From positions 576,001-640,000 of the forward strand of contig OZ251997.1 of NCBI GenBank assembly GCA_965247095.1: 64,000 nt of DNA, read 5' to 3'. Shown here piece after piece: positions 9,844-19,653 of the stretch; positions within the stretch are counted from its first letter, which is position 1, and the number at the start of each line of letters is the position of its first letter. Made by a program: the position numbers and the translations under genes. This DNA comes from Candidatus Multivorans sp. (GTDB taxonomy: Bacteria > Acidobacteriota > Thermoanaerobaculia > Multivoradales > Multivoraceae). The notes below the pieces were generated by a model. That model saw only the letters and a list, made by a program, of their open reading frames with translations, was not told the DNA's origin and ran no database searches.

Positions 9844-11289
9844 CTACTCCACTGCCGCTCCCTGTGCTCCTTCCTCGATCGCGAAGAGCTCCGAGCGGGT
9901 GGCGACGTAGAGGACGCCGTCCTTGGCGAAGGGGGTCGTGTACACCGCTCCTTCCATGAACACCTCGTTGATCAGGTTCTCCTCGCGACCCGTAGCGAGA
10001 ATCGCGACCTCGCCATCCTCGTCGCCGATGTAGATCTTGCCGTCGACAACGAAGGTCGATCCCCAGATCGCCGCGTAGGTGTGGTGCATCCACAGCAGCT
10101 CGCCGGTCTCCTCGTCGAAGCAGTAGACGTGCCCCGAGAGGTCCGCGATGTAGACCAGCCCGTCGTGGACGGAGGCGGTGGACATGGTGCGGTGGAAGTT
10201 CTCGCCGCCGACATGCCAGACCTCACCTGTCTCGCCGATGTCTCCGGTCCCGGAGGCGTCGATCTTGAAGAAGTGCCCGGGTCCCTCTCCATGTTCCGGA
10301 TCCTGGCCCACGCCGACGTAGACGACGTCGTTGTGGAACACCGGCGTCGAGATGATGTTGTTCCGGGTGCCCTTGCCTCCGAGTTCCCACACCGATTCCT
10401 TCGGGTTCGCGTCGAAGGTCCAGATCAACTCGCCGGTGTCCGGCGCGAAGGAATAGACCACCCCCTCGCCACCCGGGATGACGATCTGGGCGCGCCCGCC
10501 GGCGACACCGGCTGCCGGGTTGGACCAGGTCCCGTGGAGGATCTTCTCGCGCGGGTGAGCGCTCTCCCACACCAGTTCGCCCGTGTACTTGTTCAAGGCG
10601 ACGAAGCTCGGTCCCAGCGGCGACGGGATGTTGATGTGACCTTCGTCGACGCCCTGGCCCGTGGTCGCGACGACGACGTCGCCGACCACCAGGGGCGAGC
10701 CGGCGGCGAGATTGTGGGGGAAGACGTCCAGCTCCGCGATCATGTCGAAGGACCACACGATGTCCGCGTCGAGTTCGTCGCCGTACTGCTCGTTCTGGAT
10801 GCCGTCGTTGCCATCCGCGAAGCCGTCGACATCGACGGCGACGAACTCCGCCCGGTTGGTGACGTAGTAGACGAGGTCGCCTTCGATGTAGGGCGTCGAG
10901 CAGATGCCCTGGAGTGGCCAGTCGTTGACCCGTCCGGCGGGGAGCTTGTCGTGGGTGGCCTGCCAGAGGAGTTCGCCGTCGCTCTCGCGGAAGGCGATCA
11001 GCACCCCCTTGTCGCCGACGATGCCCGGCCGGCGCTCACCCTCGTTGTTCGTACCGACGAAGACCTTGCCGTCATAGATGATCGGGCCGGCGTAGGTCTG
11101 GGAGCCGAGTTTCTGTTTCCACTTGATGTTCCTGCCGGACAGGACGTTCCAGTCGGTGGGGACGCCGGTCTCGGAGGACACCATGTTGCGCGAAGGGGTC
11201 AAGCCGAACATGGCCGGCGGGTCCTCCGCCAGCGCCGCAGCGGCGCCGGTGGAGATCAGAAACGCTGCTGCCACGCACGCCTTGGTCAT
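9844..11289 (-). CDS. Secreted PQQ-like (BamB-like) beta-propeller protein
   Basis: Signal peptide; repeated D..TGE..W blades. Confidence 0.8.
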   Translation of the reverse strand: MTKACVAAAFLISTGAAAALAEDPPAMFGLTPSRNMVSSETGVPTDWNVLSGRNIKWKQKLGSQTYAGPIIYDGKVFVGTNNEGERRPGIVGDKGVLIAFRESDGELLWQATHDKLPAGRVNDWPLQGICSTPYIEGDLVYYVTNRAEFVAVDVDGFADGNDGIQNEQYGDELDADIVWSFDMIAELDVFPHNLAAGSPLVVGDVVVATTGQGVDEGHINIPSPLGPSFVALNKYTGELVWESAHPREKILHGTWSNPAAGVAGGRAQIVIPGGEGVVYSFAPDTGELIWTFDANPKESVWELGGKGTRNNIISTPVFHNDVVYVGVGQDPEHGEGPGHFFKIDASGTGDIGETGEVWHVGGENFHRTMSTASVHDGLVYIADLSGHVYCFDEETGELLWMHHTYAAIWGSTFVVDGKIYIGDEDGEVAILATGREENLINEVFMEGAVYTTPFAKDGVLYVATRSELFAIEEGAQGAAVE

Positions 11290-11359
11290 GCTCCCCTCCT
11301 CGGGTTCAGTGGATTCGTGCTGCCCTCTCCAACTATCCAGGAGTTCATATTTCAGGTGC

Positions 11360-13540
11360 TCAGTTGCCGGTGATCCGCACGTTGTCGTAGGACACGACCG
11401 ACGGGGAGTAGCCGAGAATCCCGGGAGAGCCGTTCCGGATCGGGTGGGGATCTTCTGCCGTGACAGTCCAGTCGGCGGGCTCCTCCGAGCCGCGGGGCCA
11501 CACCTTGCCGCGGATCGTGGCCGTGTCTTCGACTGTTTCCACCTGGAGCTTCATCGTGTACCAGCGATCCATCTCGAATGCGAAGTCGACCGTCTGCTCG
11601 ACCCGGAGTTGGGCCGACCAGGACCGGATCTGCAGCCGCTGGTGAATGCCCGCCAGGTCGAGGATGTAGCCGCTGTTGATCAGCCCCGCATCGGACTTGC
11701 GGCGGCCCTTCTGCGAGTTGCGCACGTCGGCCTGAATCGTGTAGTTGCTGAGAGACGGGGGGCCGAGGAGAACTGGCGAGCGCAAGAGGCCCCGCTCTGC
11801 GACCGGCTTGATCAGGATGCTGTCGCCGTCTTCTTCGGCGATGTCGTAGCGGCCGCCGCCGATCCAGTAACCGCGCTTGCCGCTGGAGAAGTCCTCGGTC
11901 CAGGGCAGGGGCGGGAAGACGCGGATGCGGGCTTCGGCAGTAAGGTCGCCGCTGGTCGCGACCAGGGCGCCGGCCTGGAAGGTCGAGTCCTCGGCGAAAC
12001 GGACGGTGCTGCCCGTAACTTCCGCCTCGAACCCCTTGAGCGACCAGTTGGCTTCGACGGCGCCCAACGGCCGGCCGAGGGCGTCGTAGGCGAAGACCTC
12101 GAAATCGTGACTCTCGCCAGGCTTGGTTGTGATCTCTGCGGGAACGACGAGCAGGGTCGCCGGCGGTCCCTCCGGTTCCCCCTCGTCTCCGCGGCTGGGA
12201 AGCGGGGAAGCCGTCACCTCGAACGGCGCGTCCTTGTCGCCGAGGCAGTAGACGCCCTCCTCGGTCGTGAAGTAGATCCGTCCGTAGGCGATCGCCGCGG
12301 AGCCGTACAACTCCGCGTATCGGCCGTCCGGGACCTTCAGTTGGTGCCGGCTCAGGATCTCGGCGCTCGTGTCTCCCGGCCGGATGATCGCGAAGTGGCC
12401 GTTCGTCTCACCGGCGTAGATCTTGCCGTCGGCCCACACCGGCGACGCCTTGCCGACGGTGCCGATGCTGAGTTCCCAGAGAACCTCGCCGGTATCCGCG
12501 TCGACCGCGGCCATGTTCCCGGAGTTGTTCACGATGTACAGATGGCCGTCGTGGAGAGCGGGCGACGGGAAACCCGCCTTGTTCCGGTTCCACCGCCACA
12601 GCTCGTGGGTCGTCGTGATGTCGCCGCTGCCGGTGCCGTCGATCGCGATGACGCGCCCGAGCGCGCCTTCGTCGATGTTCTCCTCGCTGTGCGAGATGAA
12701 CACTCTGCCCTGGTCGTCGACCACGGGCGAGGCGTTGATGCCGCGCTTCGAGAGGTTGAACTCCCACACCTTCTTGCCGGTGCGTGCCTGGAGAGCGTAG
12801 ATGTGCCCGTCCGCGTTGCCGGTGATCAACAAGCGCTGGCCGTTGATCACGGTCACGATCGGGATCGACTGCGTGTTCCGGTCGTGGATCGTGCCCCCCG
12901 GCGTGGACATCCACTGGACTTCCCCGGTCCGCTTGTCGAAGGCGTAGTAGCGATGCCGGGGTATGCCCTGGTTGCCCCAACTGCCGTTGTTCATGTTGAC
13001 GATGATCAGATCCTCGTCGATCGCCGGAGAGGCGGTCCTGCCGCCGTAGCCCTCGAAGCGGCCATGCTCTTCCTTGAGGGAGCGCGACCAGACCAGATTG
13101 CCGTCGCGGTCATGGCAGAGGAAGAGACCGCTGACCAACTGGGCGTAGGTGTAGCCGGTCTCCGCATCGCCGGTGAGGGAGGCCCAGCCGACCCGGTTCA
13201 TGGCCACCGTGGTCAGGTACAGGTTGTACCGGCGTTCCCAGAGCGACTCGCCGGTGCCGGCGTCGAACGCCGCGATGACAGCCTGCTCGTGGATTCCCGA
13301 GCCAACTCGTCCGTTGACGAACACTCGCCCTCCCATCACGACCGGCGTCGAACGGGCGGTGAAGTCCTGGCGCCAGATCAGGTTCTCCCCCTCCGGGCTC
13401 CAGGTGTCGATCAGACCGGTCTGAGGCGAATAGCCGTTCTGGTACGGGCCGCGCCAGGAGGTCCACTCCTCGGCCTGCAGCGAGGTGGCGGCCAGCGCCA
13501 AGGCGAGCAGGATTGAACAGGACTGAAGGCGGTTCCTCAT
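11360..13540 (-). CDS. Secreted PQQ-like beta-propeller with Ig-like linker and C-terminal ConA/DUF1080-like domain
   Basis: Signal peptide then WTSWRGP; propeller blades; C-terminal NYTIQADV...WYTMKL...YDNVRIT; ATG 13540 after a GGAG RBS. Confidence 0.78.
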   Translation of the reverse strand: MRNRLQSCSILLALALAATSLQAEEWTSWRGPYQNGYSPQTGLIDTWSPEGENLIWRQDFTARSTPVVMGGRVFVNGRVGSGIHEQAVIAAFDAGTGESLWERRYNLYLTTVAMNRVGWASLTGDAETGYTYAQLVSGLFLCHDRDGNLVWSRSLKEEHGRFEGYGGRTASPAIDEDLIIVNMNNGSWGNQGIPRHRYYAFDKRTGEVQWMSTPGGTIHDRNTQSIPIVTVINGQRLLITGNADGHIYALQARTGKKVWEFNLSKRGINASPVVDDQGRVFISHSEENIDEGALGRVIAIDGTGSGDITTTHELWRWNRNKAGFPSPALHDGHLYIVNNSGNMAAVDADTGEVLWELSIGTVGKASPVWADGKIYAGETNGHFAIIRPGDTSAEILSRHQLKVPDGRYAELYGSAAIAYGRIYFTTEEGVYCLGDKDAPFEVTASPLPSRGDEGEPEGPPATLLVVPAEITTKPGESHDFEVFAYDALGRPLGAVEANWSLKGFEAEVTGSTVRFAEDSTFQAGALVATSGDLTAEARIRVFPPLPWTEDFSSGKRGYWIGGGRYDIAEEDGDSILIKPVAERGLLRSPVLLGPPSLSNYTIQADVRNSQKGRRKSDAGLINSGYILDLAGIHQRLQIRSWSAQLRVEQTVDFAFEMDRWYTMKLQVETVEDTATIRGKVWPRGSEEPADWTVTAEDPHPIRNGSPGILGYSPSVVSYDNVRITGN

Positions 13541-13661
13541 CTCGGCTCCTTGCCAGGGTATTGGGAAGCGGGCAGCGGCCCTGCACGCGGCGCTCATTCT
13601 AGGCAGATTTCCCCTGAGGCCGCTTTCGCCTCGGGTGTTCGCGGTTCGGCGGATGATGTCT

Positions 13662-14627
13662 CTACTCGGCTTCCTCGGCTTCCTCGGCTTCCTCGGCCTC
13701 GGCGGCCGCCTGCGCCGCGGCCATCTGCTCCTGCCAGTTGGCGGGATAGATCATCGCCATGAGCGTTGACTGCTCGGACTTGTACTGCACCATGGCACCC
13801 TTCGGCAGCCAGATGGCGTCGCCGGGACCGACCTCGTGGCTGTTCTCGCCGGAGAGGATCGTGAGGTGGCCCTCGAGGTTGTAGAGGTACTCGTCGAACG
13901 GCATCGGGCGCTGTTCCTGGGTATCGAAGTTCTCCAGCACCGTGAGCGCGCAATGCAGGGTGTCGGCGACCGCCACCACGCCTGGCGCGCTTGCGGGCCC
14001 GACATCGGAGCCGGTGCTGATGCCCGGCCCGTACTCGACGATCTGACGGTCGGCTGCCGCGACGAAGGACACCGGCGCCGGTTCGCCCTCCATCGACCAG
14101 TTCTCGTCGGCGGGTGTCCAGTCGACGGGGTAGACGCCGATGACGTTCGTTGCCCTCTCGCCGGCCTGTAGCCTTTTTGCCACGGTCCCCTTGGGAATCC
14201 ACAGACCGTCGCCCGGGCCGATCTCGAACACCGCGTCCTCAGTCTCGATCGTCAGGATTCCGCCCTCGAGGCCGTAGATGTACTCGTCGTAGGTGTACGT
14301 CCAGTTCTCGAGCAGATAATTCTCCCAGTGCGCGATGACGTGCGCGGTGGTCGTGCTTCCAGCCACCGAACCCATCGCGGTGGGGTCGCCGACGTCCGAC
14401 GCCGTCATGAGGGCCGCGTTGCCGGGTGTGAGTTCGTGGAACTCCCGGGCGTCGCCCTTGATGACGACGATCTCTCCGACCGGCGCCGGCACTTCGCGAA
14501 CGGCCGGCTCCTCGGCTGGGGCTTCCGCCTCTTCTTCGGCCGGGGCGCAGGCCAGGAAGGCAACGCCCACCGTAAGCACGCTGATGGCCAGGATCGGGGT
14601 TCTTCGGACAGTCTGGATAGACAACAT
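13662..14627 (-). CDS. Lipoprotein with two tandem cupin (EutQ/cupin_3-like) domains
   Basis: Lipobox FLAC; two repeats DEY.Y.LEG.LTI...E.GPGD..W.PKG; ATG 14627 has a GGGAG RBS (alternative start 14654). Confidence 0.7.
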   Translation of the reverse strand: MLSIQTVRRTPILAISVLTVGVAFLACAPAEEEAEAPAEEPAVREVPAPVGEIVVIKGDAREFHELTPGNAALMTASDVGDPTAMGSVAGSTTTAHVIAHWENYLLENWTYTYDEYIYGLEGGILTIETEDAVFEIGPGDGLWIPKGTVAKRLQAGERATNVIGVYPVDWTPADENWSMEGEPAPVSFVAAADRQIVEYGPGISTGSDVGPASAPGVVAVADTLHCALTVLENFDTQEQRPMPFDEYLYNLEGHLTILSGENSHEVGPGDAIWLPKGAMVQYKSEQSTLMAMIYPANWQEQMAAAQAAAEAEEAEEAEEAE

Positions 14628-14665
14628 TCTGTTCTCCCTGTTGCGGAACCTCATCTCCCAATCTT

Positions 14666-14682
14666 CCTTAGGAAAACCTAAG
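14666..14682 (-). promoter_or_regulatory. Candidate regulator site CTTAGGTTTTCCTAAGG
   Basis: AT-rich imperfect dyad upstream of the cupin gene; 14/17 match to 21926-21942. Confidence 0.45.
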
Positions 14683-14824
14683 AAACTTCCAACGGCGGCA
14701 AGGAACCCGAGTTTGGGCCTGCAGTCCTTTGCGGGAGACGTGTGGATAAGCCTTCGTGTGGCAACGCAGGACGCTTGCGGCAGCCGTTAGGATGAGTGTG
14801 CAGCATACTGAGCGACGCCTTCAG

Positions 14825-14881
14825 GGTCAAGAAGACACAGCGCGGTCAAGAGAACACAGCGTGGTCAAGAAGACACAGCGA
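14825..14881 (+). repeat. Three tandem 19-bp direct repeats
   Basis: GGTCAAGAAGACACAGCGC / GGTCAAGAGAACACAGCGT / GGTCAAGAAGACACAGCGA. Confidence 0.9.
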
Positions 14882-17269
14882 AGGTTGACGTTTCGGGACC
14901 GTCGATTCCTATTCAGCGCGATCGTCGTGGTTCCGATCGCGCTCTCTCTGGCGTGCCGGCGGGAAGGGGCTTCCGTAGCGCCCCCGCCCGAAACTCCGGC
15001 CCCACCGCCCATCGAAGCGGCATGGAGTGAGGCGGTGGGCGATCTGGCGCCGAGGGACTGGAACGTCGTGCTGATCACGATCGACACCCTCCGCGCCGAC
15101 CGGCTGGGCTGCTACGGCTACGCGGATATCGAGACGCCGCATCTCGATCGTCTGGCCGGCGAGGGGATTCTCTTCGAGAACGCAGTCACGACGGTTCCCT
15201 TCACGCTGCCCGCGCACAGTTCGATCATGACCGGCGCCTACCCGCCGATCCATGGCGTGCGGGAGAACGTCGGTTACGCACTCGACGAGCGGCTGCCCAC
15301 GCTGGCGGAGGACATGGCCGGCGCCGGCCGGCGCACCGGAGGCTTCGTCAGCGCCTTTGTGCTGGACGGTCGATGGGGGATCGACCGGGGCTTCGACCGC
15401 TACTACGACGAGTTCAAGGTCCAGGACATGGGCACGCTGAACATCGCCTCCGTTCAGCGCGAGGGGACGGAGACGATCGACCAGGCGGAGGCCTGGCTCG
15501 ACGACGTAGCGGGTGCTCCCTTCTTCCTGTGGCTTCATCTCTTCGAGCCGCACGATCCCTACGAGGCGCCGGAGCCGTTCGCGGCGCGTTATCCGAAGCG
15601 GCCTTACGACGCGGAGGTCGCCTATGCGGACAGTCTGGTCGGCAGGCTGCGCGAGATGCTCGAGGGCAGGAACCTGCTCGACCGGACTCTTCTGGTGGTC
15701 ACGGGCGATCACGGCGAGGGTCTGGGCGATCACGGCGAGTACTTTCACGGCTTCTTCGTGTATGACAGCACAGTCCGGGTGCCGCTGATCGTGCGGCTGC
15801 CGGAAGGCCGTCTCGGCGGCCGGAGAGTGGACGCGGCGGTGAGCCACGTCGATCTGCGTCCCACGATTCTGGACGCGCTCGGGTTGTCGTCGCCGCCGGT
15901 TGATTCGCGCCAGGGAGGGCGCAGCCTGCTCCCGCTCGTGCTGGGCATGGACGACAGTGAACGGTTCGCCTACATCGAGTCCTACTATTCGCTGTACCAC
16001 TACGGCTGGGCGCCCCTGCGCGCCATTCGCACGGGCCCGCTCAAATTCATCGACGCGCCGGAACCCGAGTTGTACCGCCTGACCGATGACCCGGGGGAGG
16101 CGGAGAACGTCGTGCGCCGTACGCGCGTCGAGGCGCGGGAACTCCGCGATCGGCTGCTTCTGATGATCAGCGAGTTCGAGGGGACCGGCGCCGGCGAAGC
16201 GGCGCCGCCGGACTTGGATCAGGAGACTCTGGCGCAGCTCCAGGCGCTCGGGTACCTGGCCGGCAGCGGCAGCCGCACGGAGGCGCCTGAGGACCTCTCC
16301 GGTCTCGCCGATCCGAAAGACAAGATCGCGGTCCACCGGGCGATCATGCTGGCCCAGAACGACATCGGAAAGGGCGAAACGGCGGCGGCCCGTGAGCGGC
16401 TGCTGGAGGCCATCGCACTCGATCCCGGAGTGGTCGATGCCCAGCAGATGCTCGGCAATCTGCACCAGCGGCAAGGGGATTATCTGACCGCGATCGACTA
16501 CTTCCAGAACGCTCTTGCCCGCAGCCCGGATCACCAGGCATCGCTGCTGGGTCTGGCCGATTCGTACCTGTGGCTCGACAGATCGGAGGACGCTCTGGTC
16601 GGTTACGAGCGGCTCCGCGGCCTGGCGCCGCACGACAGCAAGGCCGCAATCGCTTCTACCGAAATCCTGGTCGACCTGGGCCGTCCGGCGGAGGCCCTGG
16701 AAGTCGCCGAGTCCGCGGCCCGCTACGAGCACGCCCCGCCATTGGTCCACAATCAGCACGGCGAACTGCTTACGCTTGCGGGACGGATCGACGAGGCCGA
16801 GGGCGCCTTCGAACGCGCCATCCAGGCGAATGACCGCCCGGTGCAGCCGCACTTCAACCTGGCGGTGCTGTACGAGGAGCGCGGCGAGTCGGCGAGGGCG
16901 ATCGAGCGCTACAAGGAAGCGCTGGCCCGGATGCCGTGGCACTACAAGACCCTGTTCAATCTCGGCCGTCTGCTGGGCCGCGAGGGAGACGCGGTAGAGC
17001 AGGAGGAGCTGTGGCAGGCCGCGGTGGACGCGAACCCGGAGTTCATCGAGGGGCACTACCTGCTGGCCAAGCTGTTGATGGACCAGGGCGGCGATCTGAA
17101 GCGGGCCGAGGAGCTGGTGCGCGCGGGTCTCGAGCACGACGAAACGCACCAGGCGGGGGCTCTCGGCTACTTCGTGCTGGCCGACATTCTCAGTCGCCTC
17201 GGCCGGACCGGGGAGGCGATGGAGGCGGTGCGCTCGGGCCGGGCCATTCAGGGGTCGCCGTCGGGATGA
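14861..17269 (+). CDS. Sulfatase-like hydrolase/transferase lipoprotein with C-terminal TPR repeats
   Basis: LITIDTLRAD, TLPAHSSIMTG, HLFEPHDPY, GDHGE, LQALGYL, then TPR helices; lipobox LAC; start uncertain. Confidence 0.85.
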   Translation: MVKKTQRRLTFRDRRFLFSAIVVVPIALSLACRREGASVAPPPETPAPPPIEAAWSEAVGDLAPRDWNVVLITIDTLRADRLGCYGYADIETPHLDRLAGEGILFENAVTTVPFTLPAHSSIMTGAYPPIHGVRENVGYALDERLPTLAEDMAGAGRRTGGFVSAFVLDGRWGIDRGFDRYYDEFKVQDMGTLNIASVQREGTETIDQAEAWLDDVAGAPFFLWLHLFEPHDPYEAPEPFAARYPKRPYDAEVAYADSLVGRLREMLEGRNLLDRTLLVVTGDHGEGLGDHGEYFHGFFVYDSTVRVPLIVRLPEGRLGGRRVDAAVSHVDLRPTILDALGLSSPPVDSRQGGRSLLPLVLGMDDSERFAYIESYYSLYHYGWAPLRAIRTGPLKFIDAPEPELYRLTDDPGEAENVVRRTRVEARELRDRLLLMISEFEGTGAGEAAPPDLDQETLAQLQALGYLAGSGSRTEAPEDLSGLADPKDKIAVHRAIMLAQNDIGKGETAAARERLLEAIALDPGVVDAQQMLGNLHQRQGDYLTAIDYFQNALARSPDHQASLLGLADSYLWLDRSEDALVGYERLRGLAPHDSKAAIASTEILVDLGRPAEALEVAESAARYEHAPPLVHNQHGELLTLAGRIDEAEGAFERAIQANDRPVQPHFNLAVLYEERGESARAIERYKEALARMPWHYKTLFNLGRLLGREGDAVEQEELWQAAVDANPEFIEGHYLLAKLLMDQGGDLKRAEELVRAGLEHDETHQAGALGYFVLADILSRLGRTGEAMEAVRSGRAIQGSPSG

Positions 17270-17305
17270 CCGGATGTGTGGCAAACGTGCGGCGGCGTCC
17301 CTAGA

Positions 17306-17674
17306 TCACGCCCTGTCCTCCTCGATGTGGCAATCAACGCATACTCGCGTTGGTCCATGGTCCTCACCCGCCAGTTGTCTGTCTTCGTGGCAGCTACGGC
17401 AAAGATCGTGAAACTGCGATTCGAACATCGGCCACACCTCCTGATTGATGACATGGCAAATCATGCATGGATCGTTACCAGTGTTGTCCACGTAGTTGTG
17501 ATGACACACCAAGCAGTTCTCGGCAACGTGATCTTCGTGAGCAAACGTCATCGGCAAGATCGGCTCGGGACTTCGCCATCGATGTTCAAGCACGGGTCGT
17601 TCCGTAGGCAACGGCGTGCCGAACACCAGCAGCGCCGCCGCCGCCAACACGACCAATCCCACAAACACTCTCAC
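17306..17674 (-). CDS. Small tetrahaem cytochrome c (class III/c3-like)
   Basis: Four CxxCH motifs (CLVCH, CMICH, CRSCH, CVDCH), FAHEDH, N-terminal hydrophobic anchor; GTG 17674 just after the upstream stop. Confidence 0.82.
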   Translation of the reverse strand: MRVFVGLVVLAAAALLVFGTPLPTERPVLEHRWRSPEPILPMTFAHEDHVAENCLVCHHNYVDNTGNDPCMICHVINQEVWPMFESQFHDLCRSCHEDRQLAGEDHGPTRVCVDCHIEEDRA

Positions 17675-17676
17675 AA

Positions 17677-18330
17677 CTACAAGTTCCGGATGCTCGCAAA
17701 AACGAGCACGCACAACGTACCGATAGCCAGGTACTTTCGCCAAGTCTGTCGTGTCACAGCATTGCCTCGATCGGTTCTTTGGCTACCCCTCCACAGCACA
17801 ATGAGGGTAAGAACCAGAAACAGCACGATTTGATATGCGGTGTTCAAGTAGAACCCACTGGCCACAATATGGTAACCAGCACCAACAATCGTTACCAGCG
17901 CCAGGACACGATGCCAAAGCCCAAAAGTGGCGGCTCGCCCGTGTAGGCCCGGGCGATACTTGGGTAAGCTAACAAAGATGGTTACGGTGAGCGAAACGAA
18001 GGTAACGATGCCCATCCACATATAGACAGGTGCGCCTGGTTTTACGTACTCGATCACTACGGCATCGCTGAGCAAGAACCAGTAGGCGTGCGCTGTTGCC
18101 ACTCCCAACACTGCAAAGCCTAGAAACTGGTGCGCCCGCAAATTGAAACCGCGGCCTCTAGACGCGCTCAAATGAAGAAGCCCGGCAAACGCCACGAATC
18201 CCAGACCGCTGCCGATATCCCAGAGCCAGCCCGCGCCCAATGTCGGAGTGGCCAGCAGCGTGACGAGCAACACACCGAGGAGTGTCGGCAAAAGGCCCTT
18301 CATGAATGGTGCCACTGTCCCAGCGATCAT
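17677..18330 (-). CDS. Polytopic membrane protein, ferric-reductase-like haem b domain
   Basis: About 6-7 TM helices with His pairs (HQFLG..ATAH; WHRVLA..GYH); upstream of the cytochrome c gene; start 18330 or 18303. Confidence 0.6.
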   Translation of the reverse strand: MIAGTVAPFMKGLLPTLLGVLLVTLLATPTLGAGWLWDIGSGLGFVAFAGLLHLSASRGRGFNLRAHQFLGFAVLGVATAHAYWFLLSDAVVIEYVKPGAPVYMWMGIVTFVSLTVTIFVSLPKYRPGLHGRAATFGLWHRVLALVTIVGAGYHIVASGFYLNTAYQIVLFLVLTLIVLWRGSQRTDRGNAVTRQTWRKYLAIGTLCVLVFASIRNL

Positions 18331-18630
18331 GTGGAGGTCTTCGCGAGCGCTGCCGTTTCTTTGCCCGTCAGACGTGGCCCGATCGTACTCCTGGCGTGAC
18401 GCACCTCGGAGGAGTCTAGTGCATTGGAAGCACCGCTGGCGTTCGGCTCCCGGCTGTGACGACGGCGACGGCGTCAGGTGCTACGTGCTGGCGTACGCCC
18501 ATGCCAACGGAAGCGCACCCAAACCTCTCGATTCGGCAGACTCAGAGTTCGGCGATCCACAAGACGATGGACTGGATCTCGTCGTCAAAGGACGGGCTCA
18601 CCTGCCGGCGCAGGCGCTCGAAAGTCCCCA

Positions 18631-19169
18631 ATGGCAGGAACGAAGGACGGCGAGTGGTTGATCCCCGGGCTCTCGCCGGGGACGGTGACCGTGACCGCGA
18701 CCCTCGAAGGGATGGAGACCGCGACCGTCGAAGGGGTCCGCGTCTCCATCTCCGGCGTGGCCAGCGTGAATCTGACGATGCGTCCCGCAGCCGTCGAAGA
18801 GGCGATCACGGTGACCTCGGAGGCGCCCGTTCTCGATGTGACCAGCTCGTCGGCCAGCGTCACCTTCGACCAAGAGCTGGTCGATTTGAAGCCGACGACG
18901 ACGCGTAACTTTCAGGAGCTCGCGCTGATGGCCCCCGGTGTGAACCTGTCCGGTCGCCTCGGCAACGTCGGCGCCTATGCGGGACACCCCACGGCCTACG
19001 GTCGCGATCAAGCCTCGATCTCCTGGAACGTCGATGGACTCGACGGTAGCTTTCCGGGCGCCTTCAGCCGCGAGTTCGAGGAGGTGCCCTACTGGCGCGT
19101 CGGCTTCCAGTCGGTGCTGGGTTCCAACACCGTGATCGAGGCCAACTTCTCCGACACCATCAACAATCG
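18631..19169 (+). pseudogene. Truncated, internally deleted TonB-dependent receptor remnant
   Basis: Aligns by eye with the 22018-24801 product (EEAITVTSEAPVLDVTS, WNVDGL), then jumps to a barrel segment (WRVGFQSV); no signal peptide or C-terminus. Confidence 0.8.
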
Positions 19170-19611
19170 CAGAACATGTTCGATACCTCCGTCATCGTTC
19201 CCGCCATTGTCTCGCAGCCTGGCCGTATTCCGGAAGGCGATGTCTGTAGCGGGCTCCTCAGCCACTACGACATCATGCCCACGCTCCTTGAGTACGGTCC
19301 GGTACGGATGATCCGTAGCCGGACGCACAAGTACGTTCACCGTTACCCCTGACGGCCCGCACGAGTTTTACGACCTGGCCAACGACCCGGACGAGGCGGC
19401 GAATCTGATCGACAACGCCGATCATCAGGATGGGATTGCAATGCTGAAGGCACGCCTGGAAGAGTGGTTTGTGCGCTACGTTGATCCCACTATGGATGGC
19501 GTGCGCGAAGCGGTGACGGGCAAGGGCCAGTTGGGTTTGGCCGGACCTGCGGGAGGTGGCAAGAAGAAGTTTGGGGATGATTGGTTCTACTTTAGGGATA
19601 GGAGGGAGTAA
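19170..19611 (+). pseudogene. Sulfatase C-terminal remnant with deletion and frameshift
   Basis: QNMFDTSVIVPAIVSQPG..YDIMPTLLEY joined to GPVRMIRSRTHKYVHRYP; +1 shift at ~19346-19350; then DGPHEFYDLANDPDEAANL to TAA 19611. Confidence 0.75.
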
Positions 19612-19653
19612 CGGTCTGGAACATCGAGGCCATCAAGACGGCTGACGCCCGCG

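Noticed and set aside
13665-13703. 9-bp tandem repeat TTCCTCGGC
   Set aside because: Encodes the EEA-repeat acidic tail of the cupin protein; ordinary low complexity
14741-14749. Replication origin
   Set aside because: Single DnaA box, with no dnaA or rep gene and no AT-rich unwinding region
14683-14820. Riboswitch or ncRNA in the cupin/sulfatase intergenic region
   Set aside because: Only weak inverted similarity, and no aptamer consensus that I recognise
14825-14881. CRISPR array
   Set aside because: The repeats abut with no spacers, there are only three, and no cas genes are present
18542-18601. Short minus-strand frame VSPSFDDEIQSIVLWIAEL* resembling a cytochrome c terminal helix
   Set aside because: Too short, with no CxxCH; cannot be supported
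18478-19311. Intact 277-aa protein
   Set aside because: Chimeric read-through of a receptor remnant into an out-of-frame sulfatase remnant
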